A DNA stretch of 64,000 bases from a virus (Duplodnaviria; Caudoviricetes): IMG/VR virus record IMGVR_UViG_3300022602_000025; one strand, written 5' to 3'. The notes beneath the pieces are model-generated. The model was given only the letters and a program-made list of their open reading frames with translations, was not told the DNA's origin and ran no database searches. The translations under genes were made by a program, and so were the position numbers. This document shows positions 19,526 through 29,712 of the stretch, one piece after another. Position 1 is the first letter of the stretch. Each line of letters begins with the position of its first letter.

Positions 19526-20275
19526 TTATTCGATATTATTTTCCTTATAGATTTTCAAAATTTCTTTTACAACAGGGTGTCTTTCAACATCTTTTGTCTC
19601 AAACGTAGCCATAGCAATCATACGATAGTCACCTCCTTCGCCGTATAGACTGCAAAATTCTAGTAGACCATTCTCCTTTGGACGGTCTGCTTGATTCAAA
19701 TCCCCTGTTACTACCATTCTTGAGTTTTCGCCCAATCTGGTTAATAACATTTTCATCTGACTTGGTGTTGCGTTTTGCATTTCGTCAGCGATCACAAACG
19801 CATTTTTAAATGTGCGTCCACGCATATACGCTAACGGTGATATTTCAATCACGCCATCCTCAAGCATTTCTGCAATTTCTTTTGGATGATAGTACTCCTC
19901 AAACACGTCAAATATTGGTCGGGTCCATGGTTCCATTTTCTGGTTTAATGTTCCAGGTAGGAATCCGTGATCCTCATCTACGCTAACAGCTGGCCTAGTA
20001 ACCACTATTTTACTAATCTCCCCCTCTTTGAATAGTTTGATAGCCATCTGCACCGCCAACATGGTTTTGCCCGTGCCCGCAGGCCCGATTGCAAAAACTA
20101 TGTATTTTCGTGGGTTTTTAAGCAGTTCCAAGTATGTTTCTTGTGCCACGTTACGTGGAACAATATTAACTTGATGCTTTTTACGCAGATATTGATTCAT
20201 TTGAATCAAATTTGAAGTGTCGTTGCTGTGAGTAGGATTAGTATTAACCCTTTCTCTTCGTTTTGCTCTAGACAA
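19526..20275 (-). CDS. phoH: PhoH family ATPase
   Basis: GPAGTGKT, GFLPG, AYMRGRTF, DEMQN and TGDLNQ.D motifs. TTG start with AGGAGG RBS. Confidence 0.95.
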   Translation of the reverse strand: MSRAKRRERVNTNPTHSNDTSNLIQMNQYLRKKHQVNIVPRNVAQETYLELLKNPRKYIVFAIGPAGTGKTMLAVQMAIKLFKEGEISKIVVTRPAVSVDEDHGFLPGTLNQKMEPWTRPIFDVFEEYYHPKEIAEMLEDGVIEISPLAYMRGRTFKNAFVIADEMQNATPSQMKMLLTRLGENSRMVVTGDLNQADRPKENGLLEFCSLYGEGGDYRMIAMATFETKDVERHPVVKEILKIYKENNIE

Positions 20276-20307
20276 ATTATGCCTCCTATAAGAGCGACCT
20301 GCATAGA

Positions 20308-20366
20308 TATTTACATCAAATCTCTAAAATCCATATCAAATGCTATTATTTTTTACAGCATAAATA
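20308..20366. promoter_or_regulatory. divergent late promoters
   Basis: TAAATA on - at 20308-20313 (phoH) and on + at 20361-20366. Confidence 0.55.
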
Positions 20367-20387
20367 TTATGTCAAAAGAGAGCTCTT

Positions 20388-20921
20388 ATGCACGATATTG
20401 TAGATATTATAAAAAACATAGAATCACTAACAACAAACGACTCAGCGTTTAAGATCCTTAAGGATTTTGAAAGAGTTCTAGACGACCTAGATTTGTACGT
20501 TTTTGAAAACTGGGAAGACGGCGAACTAGTTGAAGGTCCGGATATTCACAGACACGTTGTTAGCTGTAAATTTATGTGGCCATACAAAAATATGCCAGAC
20601 CCAGTTGGTGCCACTAGATTATTAGATTACGGATGCCAAGTTAAGTATCAAAAACATAACTTGCTAGTTCCACGTAAAGTATACAAGCCTAGCGATTTCC
20701 GCCCAGGTACAAAGAAAGGCAAAATTGATGCTCACCCAATTTGGGTAGTAGAAATCACAATGCCTAAGAAATTAATGCAAGATATCTATCAAGGCCAGAA
20801 ACGCCAAACAAGCGAATATGTTCGCGATCATATAGATATCAACCCTAACCAAGCTATGACCCCAGACGCAGCAGCAACAGAGGCGATGCCAGATGAACAA
20901 GCACCAATCCAAGGACAGTAA
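20388..20921 (+). CDS. hypothetical phage protein
   Basis: Long ORF with typical codon usage after a late promoter. Confidence 0.7.
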   Translation: MHDIVDIIKNIESLTTNDSAFKILKDFERVLDDLDLYVFENWEDGELVEGPDIHRHVVSCKFMWPYKNMPDPVGATRLLDYGCQVKYQKHNLLVPRKVYKPSDFRPGTKKGKIDAHPIWVVEITMPKKLMQDIYQGQKRQTSEYVRDHIDINPNQAMTPDAAATEAMPDEQAPIQGQ

Positions 20922-21654
20922 TCTAACTGAAGGTCTTCGTCATGCTGATTTAAAAAGCATGATCAATAACCTTTTTACGATAGATCAGTATAGTAGCAAA
21001 ATGGGCAATGACAAAGATATTATTGTCCTACGCTTCCGTGCCGCTGATAAAGAACCAGCAATAGATTTAATGGAATTTATTGAAAGAGGTTATCCTTTCG
21101 TACTAGATGCTGATATCAGTTCAGGCGAAGAAAAAGATGGCAACTACAGCATCTTTGTAGAAATTGAACGTAGTAAAAAAGCTCCAGAACAGATCGCAGA
21201 TCTAATGAATGGTATTAGTCGTTTATGCGGTGAAGAAAATTGGCGTTTCCGTTGGTACAAAGATATCGGCGGTAATGATTTTAGCGAAGAAACATTTGCA
21301 ACAGTAGTACCGCTAACTTCTGTAGAATACGAAGAAAGAGTATCAGCAGAAGATAAAGGTGAAGTAACAGACTTCTTTGATCAAGGCGCAACAGATGTAG
21401 AAATGGATGAAAGTAAAAATTTAACTTTCAAGAAACCATATTCAGAAACATTACATGCAAAATTAGTTGCGATTGGTGATTACGCTGTTTTAAAAGAAGC
21501 ACTAAAAGGTGCTCTACAATTAGATGAAGCAAGTCGCGGTCAAGTTGTATACCTAAACAAATTTCTTGGTAATTATGATATTAACAAAATCGAAGGACAT
21601 TTTTTAGTTAGAAATGGTGATCGTGCTGTAATATTAGCCAAGGAGAAATGGTAA
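20893..21654 (+). CDS. hypothetical acidic phage protein
   Basis: Long ORF overlapping both neighbours. Confidence 0.7.
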   Translation: MNKHQSKDSNLTEGLRHADLKSMINNLFTIDQYSSKMGNDKDIIVLRFRAADKEPAIDLMEFIERGYPFVLDADISSGEEKDGNYSIFVEIERSKKAPEQIADLMNGISRLCGEENWRFRWYKDIGGNDFSEETFATVVPLTSVEYEERVSAEDKGEVTDFFDQGATDVEMDESKNLTFKKPYSETLHAKLVAIGDYAVLKEALKGALQLDEASRGQVVYLNKFLGNYDINKIEGHFLVRNGDRAVILAKEKW

Positions 21655-22103
21655 TGTTTAGTTGGGTTGTCCAATTAGTTCTAGGTAATATTCCGTTAAT
21701 TATATGGCCTGCACTAGCAGGCGGCGGCACCGCAGTATTTTTCTTATTTCATTTCCTAAGCGCATTACCACAAGTTAGGCCTTGGGCGTACTTGATTCGC
21801 CCAGTTAGTTTGTTAGTTACAGCGTTTGGTATATTCATGTATGGTGGTGCTGGAGTAACAGCAATATATCAAAAACAAATAGAAGAAATGCAGGCAAACG
21901 TAGAAGCTGCAGAAGCTAAAGCAGATCAAGCAAATCAAGATCTACATAATGCAGTTCAAGGTAAAGTAAAAGTAGTTAAAGAAGTACAAACTGTTTTTAA
22001 AGATAGAATTAAAGAAGTTCAAGTTCAAGTAGATAAAGACTGTAAAGTAGATGCATCAGCAATTGATGCTCTAAATGAAGTCGCTAAAGGTGGCAAACAA
22101 TGA
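21648..22103 (+). CDS. putative inner-membrane spanin (Rz-like)
   Basis: N-terminal TM helices and a C-terminal coiled coil, followed by a lipoprotein gene. Confidence 0.55.
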   Translation: MVMFSWVVQLVLGNIPLIIWPALAGGGTAVFFLFHFLSALPQVRPWAYLIRPVSLLVTAFGIFMYGGAGVTAIYQKQIEEMQANVEAAEAKADQANQDLHNAVQGKVKVVKEVQTVFKDRIKEVQVQVDKDCKVDASAIDALNEVAKGGKQ

Positions 22104-22375
22104 AAAGACTAGCATTACTAATTCCTGTAATACTATTAAGCGGGTGCCTTGCTACTACAAGACCAGTTACAAAATTAGATTTTCCGGCTATACCAGACGA
22201 TTTAAAACAAGCATGTCCTGATCTAGTACTTGCAGATCGCGACAGTCAAAAACTAAGTGACTTAATATCAACAGTTGGCGATAATTACACACAGTATAAT
22301 TTGTGTAAAATTAAAGTAGATGCGTGGATTGAATGGTATAATACTCAAAAACAAATAAGTGATTCTGTGAAATGA
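22100..22375 (+). CDS. putative outer-membrane spanin lipoprotein (Rz1-like)
   Basis: Lipobox LLSGC; Pro-containing mature part with two further Cys. Confidence 0.6.
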   Translation: MKRLALLIPVILLSGCLATTRPVTKLDFPAIPDDLKQACPDLVLADRDSQKLSDLISTVGDNYTQYNLCKIKVDAWIEWYNTQKQISDSVK

Positions 22376-22752
22376 AAAAATTATTATTAGCGGTAGCATT
22401 ACTTTTATCAGGGTGTGCAGCAATACAAGAACAAATTCCTAGTTTTTGGGACCCTAATCAAAGTAAAATTGTAACAGATATTCAACAAACAACTAGACAT
22501 ATCGATTGTACAGCAGATTTAAAACCTCAACTAGTAACGCTTTATAATCAAGTTGAGTGGTACGACTTATATGCTCAAACTAAACCAACTTACGACATGC
22601 AAAAACTAGACAAGTTAATGGTTACTACTATTAAAGAGTTTCAAGATAAAGTAAATGCAGGTCCAGTAAGCCCGTTATATTGCGATCTTAAGAAAAAGAT
22701 CCTAATACAACAGGGTGATATTATTGCCAAAACTGTACAAGGAAGATTCTAA
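22372..22752 (+). CDS. lipoprotein
   Basis: Lipobox LLSGC. Confidence 0.7.
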   Translation: MKKLLLAVALLLSGCAAIQEQIPSFWDPNQSKIVTDIQQTTRHIDCTADLKPQLVTLYNQVEWYDLYAQTKPTYDMQKLDKLMVTTIKEFQDKVNAGPVSPLYCDLKKKILIQQGDIIAKTVQGRF

Positions 22753-22988
22753 TGAGCGATACATTAAACCAAGTAGCAACTAGCGGTGACCAATGGGCGG
22801 CAGAACGTGCCCAATACGCACTACAAGTTCAACAAGCAGTAAGCGCAGGACAAATGAGTACGAGTGAAGCTAAAGAAGTATTGCAAGATCTTATCAATAC
22901 TCAACAGTTACAAGAACAGGCCAATGCAGATCATGTTAAGGCTGCATTATTTTTTGGAATAACACAATTAATCAGTTTCTACGCATAA
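22752..22988 (+). CDS. hypothetical Gln/Ala-rich protein
   Basis: Translationally coupled ORF. Confidence 0.6.
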   Translation: MSDTLNQVATSGDQWAAERAQYALQVQQAVSAGQMSTSEAKEVLQDLINTQQLQEQANADHVKAALFFGITQLISFYA

Positions 22989-23057
22989 TATAATCTAACT
23001 TTAATCAGATTTATTAAGTATGTAGATAAATAGTTGCATTAAAGGGGCAACTAGCAA

Positions 23058-24140
23058 ATGGCGTCAACAAAAGTTTTATTCATTCTCAAGAGACGAGAAG
23101 ATTTCAATCCTGTGAAACACAGTCCACAGGGATTAAGCACAGGTCTATTCAATTCCGCAAATTTCATGAACGAAATGCTTCAAGAAGCAGGCATCGATTC
23201 TGCGATTGAAGTTGCTATCGATAATAATTGCATTGATAGACTAGTAACCCTACATAAACCTACCCATGTTATTATTGAAGCCCTGTGGGTAGTTCCAACT
23301 AAATTTGCTGTGCTAACTCCCCTACACCCAGATGTTAAATGGATAGTACGCTTACATAGCGAGATGCCATTCATAGCAGGTGAAGGTATGGCGATGGACT
23401 GGATCGGCGAATATATCAAATTCCCTCAAATTAGTATTGGTGTAAACGCACCTCGTATGCTCAACGAAGCTAGAGTGTATTTGTCCACTACTACAAAATT
23501 AACAGAGCAAGAAATAGACAAGCGTGTATTTTACATGCCTAATTTTTACCCTCAAACATACAATACTAAAGTAGGAAAACCTACTCACAAATATCGCGGT
23601 GATCAATATTGGATTGATGTTGCATGTTTTGGTGCAATCCGCCCATTAAAGAATCACATGATACAAGCTGTAGCCGCCCTAAAATATGCCAATCAACACG
23701 GTAAACAATTACGGTTCCATATTAATGCAGGCCGTGTAGAAATGCAGGGTAGCCCTGTACTAAACAATCTAAAAAATATGTTCGAACATCTAGCAGATTA
23801 CGGACACAAACTAGTAATGCACGAATGGCGTCCAAGAGAAGAATTCCTAGAATTATGTGCAGAAATGGATGTCGGACTACAATGTAACTTCTCAGAAACA
23901 TTTAATATTGTAAGTTCTGATCTAATGAGCCAAGGTGTACCAATCGTAAGCTCACGAGAAATCCCATGGAGTGCTTCTTTCTTTAACGCTAACCCAACAG
24001 AAAGTGATGAGATTTTCCATGCTATGACCCGCGCCCTAGTTTTTAAACAAGCTAACGTGTGGTTACATCAGCGAAAATTAACTAAATACACTGACAAAAC
24101 AAGAAAGATTTGGGTTAACTACTTCAAATCTCAAGAATAA
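23058..24140 (+). CDS. GT-B fold glycosyltransferase (GT4-like)
   Basis: FGAIRPLKNH and NFSETFNIVSSD...GVPIVSS (E-x7-E/D-like). TAAATA at 23027-23032. Confidence 0.75.
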   Translation: MASTKVLFILKRREDFNPVKHSPQGLSTGLFNSANFMNEMLQEAGIDSAIEVAIDNNCIDRLVTLHKPTHVIIEALWVVPTKFAVLTPLHPDVKWIVRLHSEMPFIAGEGMAMDWIGEYIKFPQISIGVNAPRMLNEARVYLSTTTKLTEQEIDKRVFYMPNFYPQTYNTKVGKPTHKYRGDQYWIDVACFGAIRPLKNHMIQAVAALKYANQHGKQLRFHINAGRVEMQGSPVLNNLKNMFEHLADYGHKLVMHEWRPREEFLELCAEMDVGLQCNFSETFNIVSSDLMSQGVPIVSSREIPWSASFFNANPTESDEIFHAMTRALVFKQANVWLHQRKLTKYTDKTRKIWVNYFKSQE

Positions 24141-24403
24141 TGTTTAACTGGATTAGACAGTTAATAAAAAAGCAGAACACTACTGCAATTTTTAAGGAAA
24201 AAGAAATGTCAAAAAAACATCGTGTAAGATTACATAATTGGGTTGATGGTCTACTTTTGTGGACGGAGCAAGCATTTGAGTCAATTGAAGAAGCTGTAGA
24301 ATTTGCTAACAATTCCGGTGCAAGCAGCGCCAAAGTATTCAATGAAGATAACGTCATTGTTCATCATGTAAAAACTACAGAGACTGGTAGTACATACGCT
24401 TAA
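24140..24403 (+). CDS. hypothetical protein
   Basis: Coupled ORF; an alternative start at MSKKHRV (24206) is possible. Confidence 0.55.
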   Translation: MFNWIRQLIKKQNTTAIFKEKEMSKKHRVRLHNWVDGLLLWTEQAFESIEEAVEFANNSGASSAKVFNEDNVIVHHVKTTETGSTYA

Positions 24404-24419
24404 TTAGGAGAAACTGCAA

Positions 24420-25010
24420 ATGGCATTATTAGATTCAATGTTGAACCTAATTAATAAGCAACCAAAAGATCCAGACGCACCTAAACCACCAGTCGGCTCA
24501 CGTTCAGAACGTGAAGCTAAAATCAAAGATAAAGCAGGTATGGTTATTAATGTGTTTGCGTTGCTATTAGCAGTTAACGTGTGGTACGGTGGCAAGTTGT
24601 CTAGTACCATTATGAACAACACAATCAAAGCCAGCGACATATATAACTTTTATCAAGCAAAAAGTCTAAAACAAGGCCTAGCAGAACAAAATCTTTATGA
24701 AGCACAAAAGAGTGGTGATAAAGCTCGTGCTGCAGAAATGGCTGAAAAGATTGAAAAGTACGAAAGCGATCCTAAATCGGGAGAAGGCAAGAAAGAGCTA
24801 CTAGCAAAAGCAAATAAACTAGAAGCAGAACGTGACGAAGCTAAAGCACGTAGCCCGTGGATTGGATATGCGTCAACCGCTTACCAAATGGCAATCGTTA
24901 TTCTTTCAGCAAGTATCCTTGCTGTTAGTATGGGACTGTTCTGGAGTAGTTTTGTAGTAGCAGGTTTAGGTTTAATATTAAGCCTAAACGGTTTGTTTCT
25001 TTGGTTTTAA
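24420..25010 (+). CDS. membrane protein, DUF4337-like
   Basis: TM - coiled coil (ASDIYNFYQAKSLK) - two TM architecture; family name from memory. Confidence 0.6.
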   Translation: MALLDSMLNLINKQPKDPDAPKPPVGSRSEREAKIKDKAGMVINVFALLLAVNVWYGGKLSSTIMNNTIKASDIYNFYQAKSLKQGLAEQNLYEAQKSGDKARAAEMAEKIEKYESDPKSGEGKKELLAKANKLEAERDEAKARSPWIGYASTAYQMAIVILSASILAVSMGLFWSSFVVAGLGLILSLNGLFLWF

Positions 25011-25028
25011 ACTTTTAGGAGAAGTAAA

Positions 25029-25397
25029 ATGGGATTTTTTTCAAACACAGTTAGTAAGGCAAAAGATATTGAAGGTACTATCGTAAAAGATTTTCAAAAA
25101 TTTGAAAATTTAATTGTATCAGATGTTAAAAAAGATTTTGAATCTGCACGTGCCGATGCACTGGCAGCAAATGAGTTGGTTAACAAATTAAAAGCAGACT
25201 TACAGGCTGCGTTAACTAAAGCACGTGATTTACACCAAGTCGCTGTAGATGCCGCAACAGCAGCCGCTCAGGCCGCAGATGCTGATTCTGCAAAATTTAA
25301 AGCGTTAGCAGCTGCACACGCCGCTGACTTAGCTACACAAGCAAGCCAAATCATTGCACCTCCAGCGCCAGTAGTAGACACTCCCGCAGCACAATAA
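25029..25397 (+). CDS. Ala-rich coiled-coil protein
   Basis: AGGAG RBS and heptad-like Ala-rich ORF. Confidence 0.6.
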   Translation: MGFFSNTVSKAKDIEGTIVKDFQKFENLIVSDVKKDFESARADALAANELVNKLKADLQAALTKARDLHQVAVDAATAAAQAADADSAKFKALAAAHAADLATQASQIIAPPAPVVDTPAAQ

Positions 25398-25419
25398 CAC
25401 CAAACAGCAAGGAGCGACA

Positions 25420-26052
25420 ATGTCAAAGAAAAACGATAACTGGATGCAAACACTATGGCGTCCAATGATGGGTTGGATGTACATGTTAATATGTCTGTTA
25501 GACATGGCGGTATTCCCAGTCCTATGGGCATTATGGCAAGGTTATAATCATGTACCTATCACACAGTGGAATCCACTAACACTTCAAGGTGCTGGCTTAT
25601 TCCATATCGCCATGGGTGCTGTGTTAGGTATCTCAGCATTTGGTCGTACACAAGAAAAATTAGCAGGTACAGCGGCCAATCCAACTGCTACAAGCCAAAC
25701 TATTACTAATAATCAAAACATGTCAGGCAACGTAGCTGGCGGCTTTGGTAGCAACTCAGGTGGTATGGGTGGCGGAATGGGCGGCATGAACTCAGGAATG
25801 GGCGGTGGTATGGGCGGTGGCTTTGGTGGCTCAAGTATGGGTGGCGGCTTTAGTGCTCCTGCATCAAGCGGATTCGGTGGATCTAGTAGTTTTGGATCAC
25901 CGTCAACACCTGCACCAACAAGTAGTTTTGGTGCAGCGACAACTCCATCAAGTAGCCCAATTCCTCCAGCAAGTAACCCTACAATCAAACCGCCTCCAAT
26001 AACTAGCGGTCCTCCACCATCACCAGCAGGTGGATTTGGTAGCGGATTCTAA
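25420..26052 (+). CDS. holin-like (3TM/GTA-holin type) protein with Gly/Ser/Pro-rich tail
   Basis: WRPMMGW...LGISAFGRTQEK resembles the WRP..GW...LG....R..EK holin pattern. Confidence 0.6.
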   Translation: MSKKNDNWMQTLWRPMMGWMYMLICLLDMAVFPVLWALWQGYNHVPITQWNPLTLQGAGLFHIAMGAVLGISAFGRTQEKLAGTAANPTATSQTITNNQNMSGNVAGGFGSNSGGMGGGMGGMNSGMGGGMGGGFGGSSMGGGFSAPASSGFGGSSSFGSPSTPAPTSSFGAATTPSSSPIPPASNPTIKPPPITSGPPPSPAGGFGSGF

Positions 26053-26054
26053 TC

Positions 26055-26083
26055 TTGACATCGTTGAGCAAAGGTAGTATAAT
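26055..26083 (+). promoter_or_regulatory. sigma70-type early promoter of dnaJ-def-clpA
   Basis: TTGACA-17nt-TATAAT. An imperfect inverted repeat (agcaaaggtagtata/tatattacttttgct) spans the -10. Confidence 0.75.
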
Positions 26084-26109
26084 TACTATATTACTTTTGC
26101 TTAAACGAT

Positions 26110-26943
26110 ATGACTGACTTTTACCAAACACTCGGAGTTCCAAAAAACGCTAGCGAAGAGGACATTAAAAAGGCCTATAGATCGTTAGCTATGAAACATC
26201 ATCCTGACCGCGGGGGCGATCAGGCTAAATTCCAACAAATTCAAGAAGCCTACGCTACACTTAGCGATCCACAGGCTCGTGCTGAATACGATAATCCTCA
26301 ACCACAATTTGGCCCAGGCGGCCCAGGCGGATTCCAATTTCACTTTGGTCCAGGTGGTGGCGGATTTGAACAGTTCTTTGAACGTAGTCCGTTTGGAGAT
26401 ATATTTGGATTTAGACAACCAATGGGCAATCGCCCAATACAATTACAAACCTCTATTACATTAGAAGATGCTTTTTACGGTAAAGAAATAGTCGCACAGA
26501 TTACTTTACCTAGTGGACGTGATCGTACTATCAATATCAGTATACCAAAAGGTATACATGAAGGCACTACATTACGATTAGCAGGTATGGGGGACGACTC
26601 TATACAAACAGCACCAAAAGGTGATATTCTTCTTAATGTTCATATACAAGATCATCCTACATTTAAACGCCAGGGCGATGACCTTGTTCGTGATTTAGAA
26701 ATTAGTGCCATTGATGCATTGTTAGGTGCTAAAGTAGTTGTAAGTAGTTTAGATGGTAAACAACTTGAAACAGTTATTGATGCAGGTATCCAGCACGATG
26801 CTGTGTTGAGTTTAGGGGGTTATGGTATGCCAAACTTTAACGATCCAACAAGACGTGGACGGCTGTTGGTTAAGATTAAATTGCGTGTACCAAAACTAGA
26901 CGATAATCAAAAACAACAATTAAGAAACCTCAACCTTAAATGA
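26110..26943 (+). CDS. dnaJ: DnaJ/CbpA-type co-chaperone
   Basis: J domain with HPD, G/F-rich linker and DnaJ C-terminal domain; no Zn finger. Confidence 0.92.
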   Translation: MTDFYQTLGVPKNASEEDIKKAYRSLAMKHHPDRGGDQAKFQQIQEAYATLSDPQARAEYDNPQPQFGPGGPGGFQFHFGPGGGGFEQFFERSPFGDIFGFRQPMGNRPIQLQTSITLEDAFYGKEIVAQITLPSGRDRTINISIPKGIHEGTTLRLAGMGDDSIQTAPKGDILLNVHIQDHPTFKRQGDDLVRDLEISAIDALLGAKVVVSSLDGKQLETVIDAGIQHDAVLSLGGYGMPNFNDPTRRGRLLVKIKLRVPKLDDNQKQQLRNLNLK

Positions 26944-27431
26944 ATATTGTAAAATTTCCAGCAGAGATTTTGCGGACAAGGATGCCAGAGTTTGACTTTG
27001 ACAATCCTACTACAGATCCTGTACAATTAGAAAAAGACATGATTGAAGCCATGCTAACATATGATGGGATTGGGCTTGCTGCTAATCAAGTAGGCATCAA
27101 TGCTAGAATGTTTGTTATGGGTCATAGAGATAACCCAGAAAATGCAACAGCATTTTTTAATCCCGTAGTTGTTGCTAATACGGAAGATGTTAAAGATTTA
27201 GAAGAAGGCTGTTTAAGTTTTCCGGGTGTGTTTGTTAATGTTAAACGACCTACCGCTATTAAAGCACGTTGGCAAAACTCTAAAGGTGAAACACTAGAAG
27301 GAGAATTTAGTGGATATGAATGTAAGTGTTTTTTACATGAATTAGACCATTTAGAGGGTATTGTTTTTCAAGATAGAGTAAGTACATTAAAGTGGGCCAT
27401 GGCCGTTAAGAAATCAAAGAAAAGGAAATAA
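26940..27431 (+). CDS. def: peptide deformylase
   Basis: [13 protein letters not shown] and HELDH motifs. Confidence 0.95.
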   Translation: MNIVKFPAEILRTRMPEFDFDNPTTDPVQLEKDMIEAMLTYDGIGLAANQVGINARMFVMGHRDNPENATAFFNPVVVANTEDVKDLEEGCLSFPGVFVNVKRPTAIKARWQNSKGETLEGEFSGYECKCFLHELDHLEGIVFQDRVSTLKWAMAVKKSKKRK

Positions 27432-27432
27432 G

Positions 27433-29712
27433 ATGTTAGAACCAAATAGCGATTTAGAAGCTGTATTTGATCGTGCTGTTAAAATTGCCGCAAAAAACAA
27501 ACACGAGTATATTACGTTAGAACACTTCTTATACAGTTTAATCATTGATTCAAAATTTGAACAGTTGCTGGGCGACTTTGGTGCAGATCTTGAATCTCTT
27601 AAAACTAACCTAGAAACATATATTGCAACAAAGCTAACTGAAATTGTTGTAGAAGATTTAAATCAGCGTCCTAAGAAAACACACTCAATGGAACGTATGT
27701 TAAATCGTGCGTTTACACAAGTGTTGTTTAGCGGTCGTTCAACTATCAGTCCTGTTGATTGCTTCATCAGTATGTTTGCTGAAAAGAAAAGTCATGCCGC
27801 ACATTTTATGCGTCAGGCAAAAATTGACAAAGATGCGTTCATTGACTATATTGGACAAGAAAAGACATCTTCAGAAAATCTTCCAGAAGATGTAAATTCT
27901 ACCCAACTTGAACGTATGTTGGTTCAATTCTGTACTAACCTTAATAACAAAGTTAAGCAGAAGAAAATTGATCCAGTTATTGGTCGTGAAAAAGAAATTG
28001 AAGAAATGCAATTGGTTCTTGCACGTAGAAACAAATGCAACGTCATGATGATTGGCGATCCTGGTGTAGGTAAGACAGCGATTGCTGAAGGTCTTGCACG
28101 TAACATCGTTGAAGGCAAGGTTCCTAAATTTATTGCTGACCATACCGTGTACGCATTAGATATCTCAGCTATGCTTGCTGGCAGTAAGTATCGCGGAGAT
28201 TTTGAAGAACGCTTGAAGATGGTTATCAACGCTCTTGAAAAGAAAAAGAATTGCATCTTGTTTATTGACGAAGCACACATGATTAACGGTGCAGGTGCTG
28301 TAAGCGGTAGTTCAAACGATATGGCTAATATGCTGAAACCTGCACTAGGCAAAGGCACTATTAAAGTTGTTGCGTCGACTACATGGGACGAATATCGTAA
28401 GCACTTTGAAAAGGATCGTGCATTGATGCGCCGTTTCCAACGTGTTGTGATTGACGAGCCAAGCGAAGCAACAGCTATTAAGATCCTTAAAGGTCTTAAG
28501 AAGTATTACGAAAAACATCATAATGTTAAGATCACTAATCAAGCGATCATTGATGCTGTCAAATATAGTATCAAGTATATGCCAGATAAGCACTTACCAG
28601 ACAAAGCTATTGATTTGATTGATTGTGCATCTGCTCGTTTTAAAGTACGTGACGAGGAAGGTGGCATTGTTGATCATGATGAAATCGTTTTTGAAGTATC
28701 TAAGATCGCAAATCTTCCAACAGAACAAGTTGCATCAAAAGAAAATAAAAACCTGCGTGACCTTGATAAGAACATGCGTGGTAAAGTGTTTGGCCAAGAA
28801 AAAGCGATTGATATTTTGTTAGACAAAATTTATATCGCACAAGCAGGATTAAAATCTATCAACAAGCCAGTTGGAAACTTCTTGTTCGTAGGTCCTACGG
28901 GCTGTGGTAAGACTGAGACAGCAAAAGTATTGGCAGAATCAATGGGAGTACAACTTGTACGATTTGATATGAGTGAGTTCCAAGAACAACACTCTGTTGC
29001 CAAGTTCATTGGTGCTCCTCCGGGCTATGTTGGCTTTGAGGATAATGCAGGTCAACTTGTTACTAAACTACAAGAACACCCAAACTGTATCTTGTTATTA
29101 GACGAAATTGAAAAAGCACATCCAAGTGTAAGCAACGTATTGTTAGGATTGATGGACAATGGCTTTGTAACAGGATCTAATGGTAAGAAAGCAGATGCTC
29201 GTAACGCTATCGTTATCCTAACTTCAAACTTAGGTGCAAGTGATGCTGAAAAGAACGGTATTGGATTTGGTAGCATTGATAAAGACGGCGAAATTAACAA
29301 TGCTGTTAATTCGTTCTTCAAACCAGAGTTCCGCAATCGTTTAGACGGTGTTATCCAGTTTGGTAAATTAGATCATGTTGTAATGATTAGGATCGTTAAG
29401 AAATTCGTTGACGAACTTAATGTGCAGATCAAAGATAAGAATGTGTTTGTTAAACCAGATACAGACGCTGTTGAATTGCTAATCAAGAAAGGCTTTAACA
29501 AGAAGATGGGTGCTCGTCCATTAGCTCGTGCTATTGATGAACATATCAAGAAACCGTTAAGTAAAGAAATTCTATTTGGAAGGTTAGTCAACGGCGGAGT
29601 TGTTGAAATCACTGCCGAGGACGATAAATTTAGTTTCAAGTTTGCTGACATATTGCCAGTTGAAAAAGCTAACATCGAAGAAGTTGAAGATGAAAGTTTA
29701 TCAAACGAATAA
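27433..29712 (+). CDS. clpA: ClpA-like Hsp100 ATPase
   Basis: HEYITLEH N-domain, two AAA modules (GDPGVGKT, GPTGCGKT) and an IGF ClpP-binding loop. Confidence 0.92.
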   Translation: MLEPNSDLEAVFDRAVKIAAKNKHEYITLEHFLYSLIIDSKFEQLLGDFGADLESLKTNLETYIATKLTEIVVEDLNQRPKKTHSMERMLNRAFTQVLFSGRSTISPVDCFISMFAEKKSHAAHFMRQAKIDKDAFIDYIGQEKTSSENLPEDVNSTQLERMLVQFCTNLNNKVKQKKIDPVIGREKEIEEMQLVLARRNKCNVMMIGDPGVGKTAIAEGLARNIVEGKVPKFIADHTVYALDISAMLAGSKYRGDFEERLKMVINALEKKKNCILFIDEAHMINGAGAVSGSSNDMANMLKPALGKGTIKVVASTTWDEYRKHFEKDRALMRRFQRVVIDEPSEATAIKILKGLKKYYEKHHNVKITNQAIIDAVKYSIKYMPDKHLPDKAIDLIDCASARFKVRDEEGGIVDHDEIVFEVSKIANLPTEQVASKENKNLRDLDKNMRGKVFGQEKAIDILLDKIYIAQAGLKSINKPVGNFLFVGPTGCGKTETAKVLAESMGVQLVRFDMSEFQEQHSVAKFIGAPPGYVGFEDNAGQLVTKLQEHPNCILLLDEIEKAHPSVSNVLLGLMDNGFVTGSNGKKADARNAIVILTSNLGASDAEKNGIGFGSIDKDGEINNAVNSFFKPEFRNRLDGVIQFGKLDHVVMIRIVKKFVDELNVQIKDKNVFVKPDTDAVELLIKKGFNKKMGARPLARAIDEHIKKPLSKEILFGRLVNGGVVEITAEDDKFSFKFADILPVEKANIEEVEDESLSNE

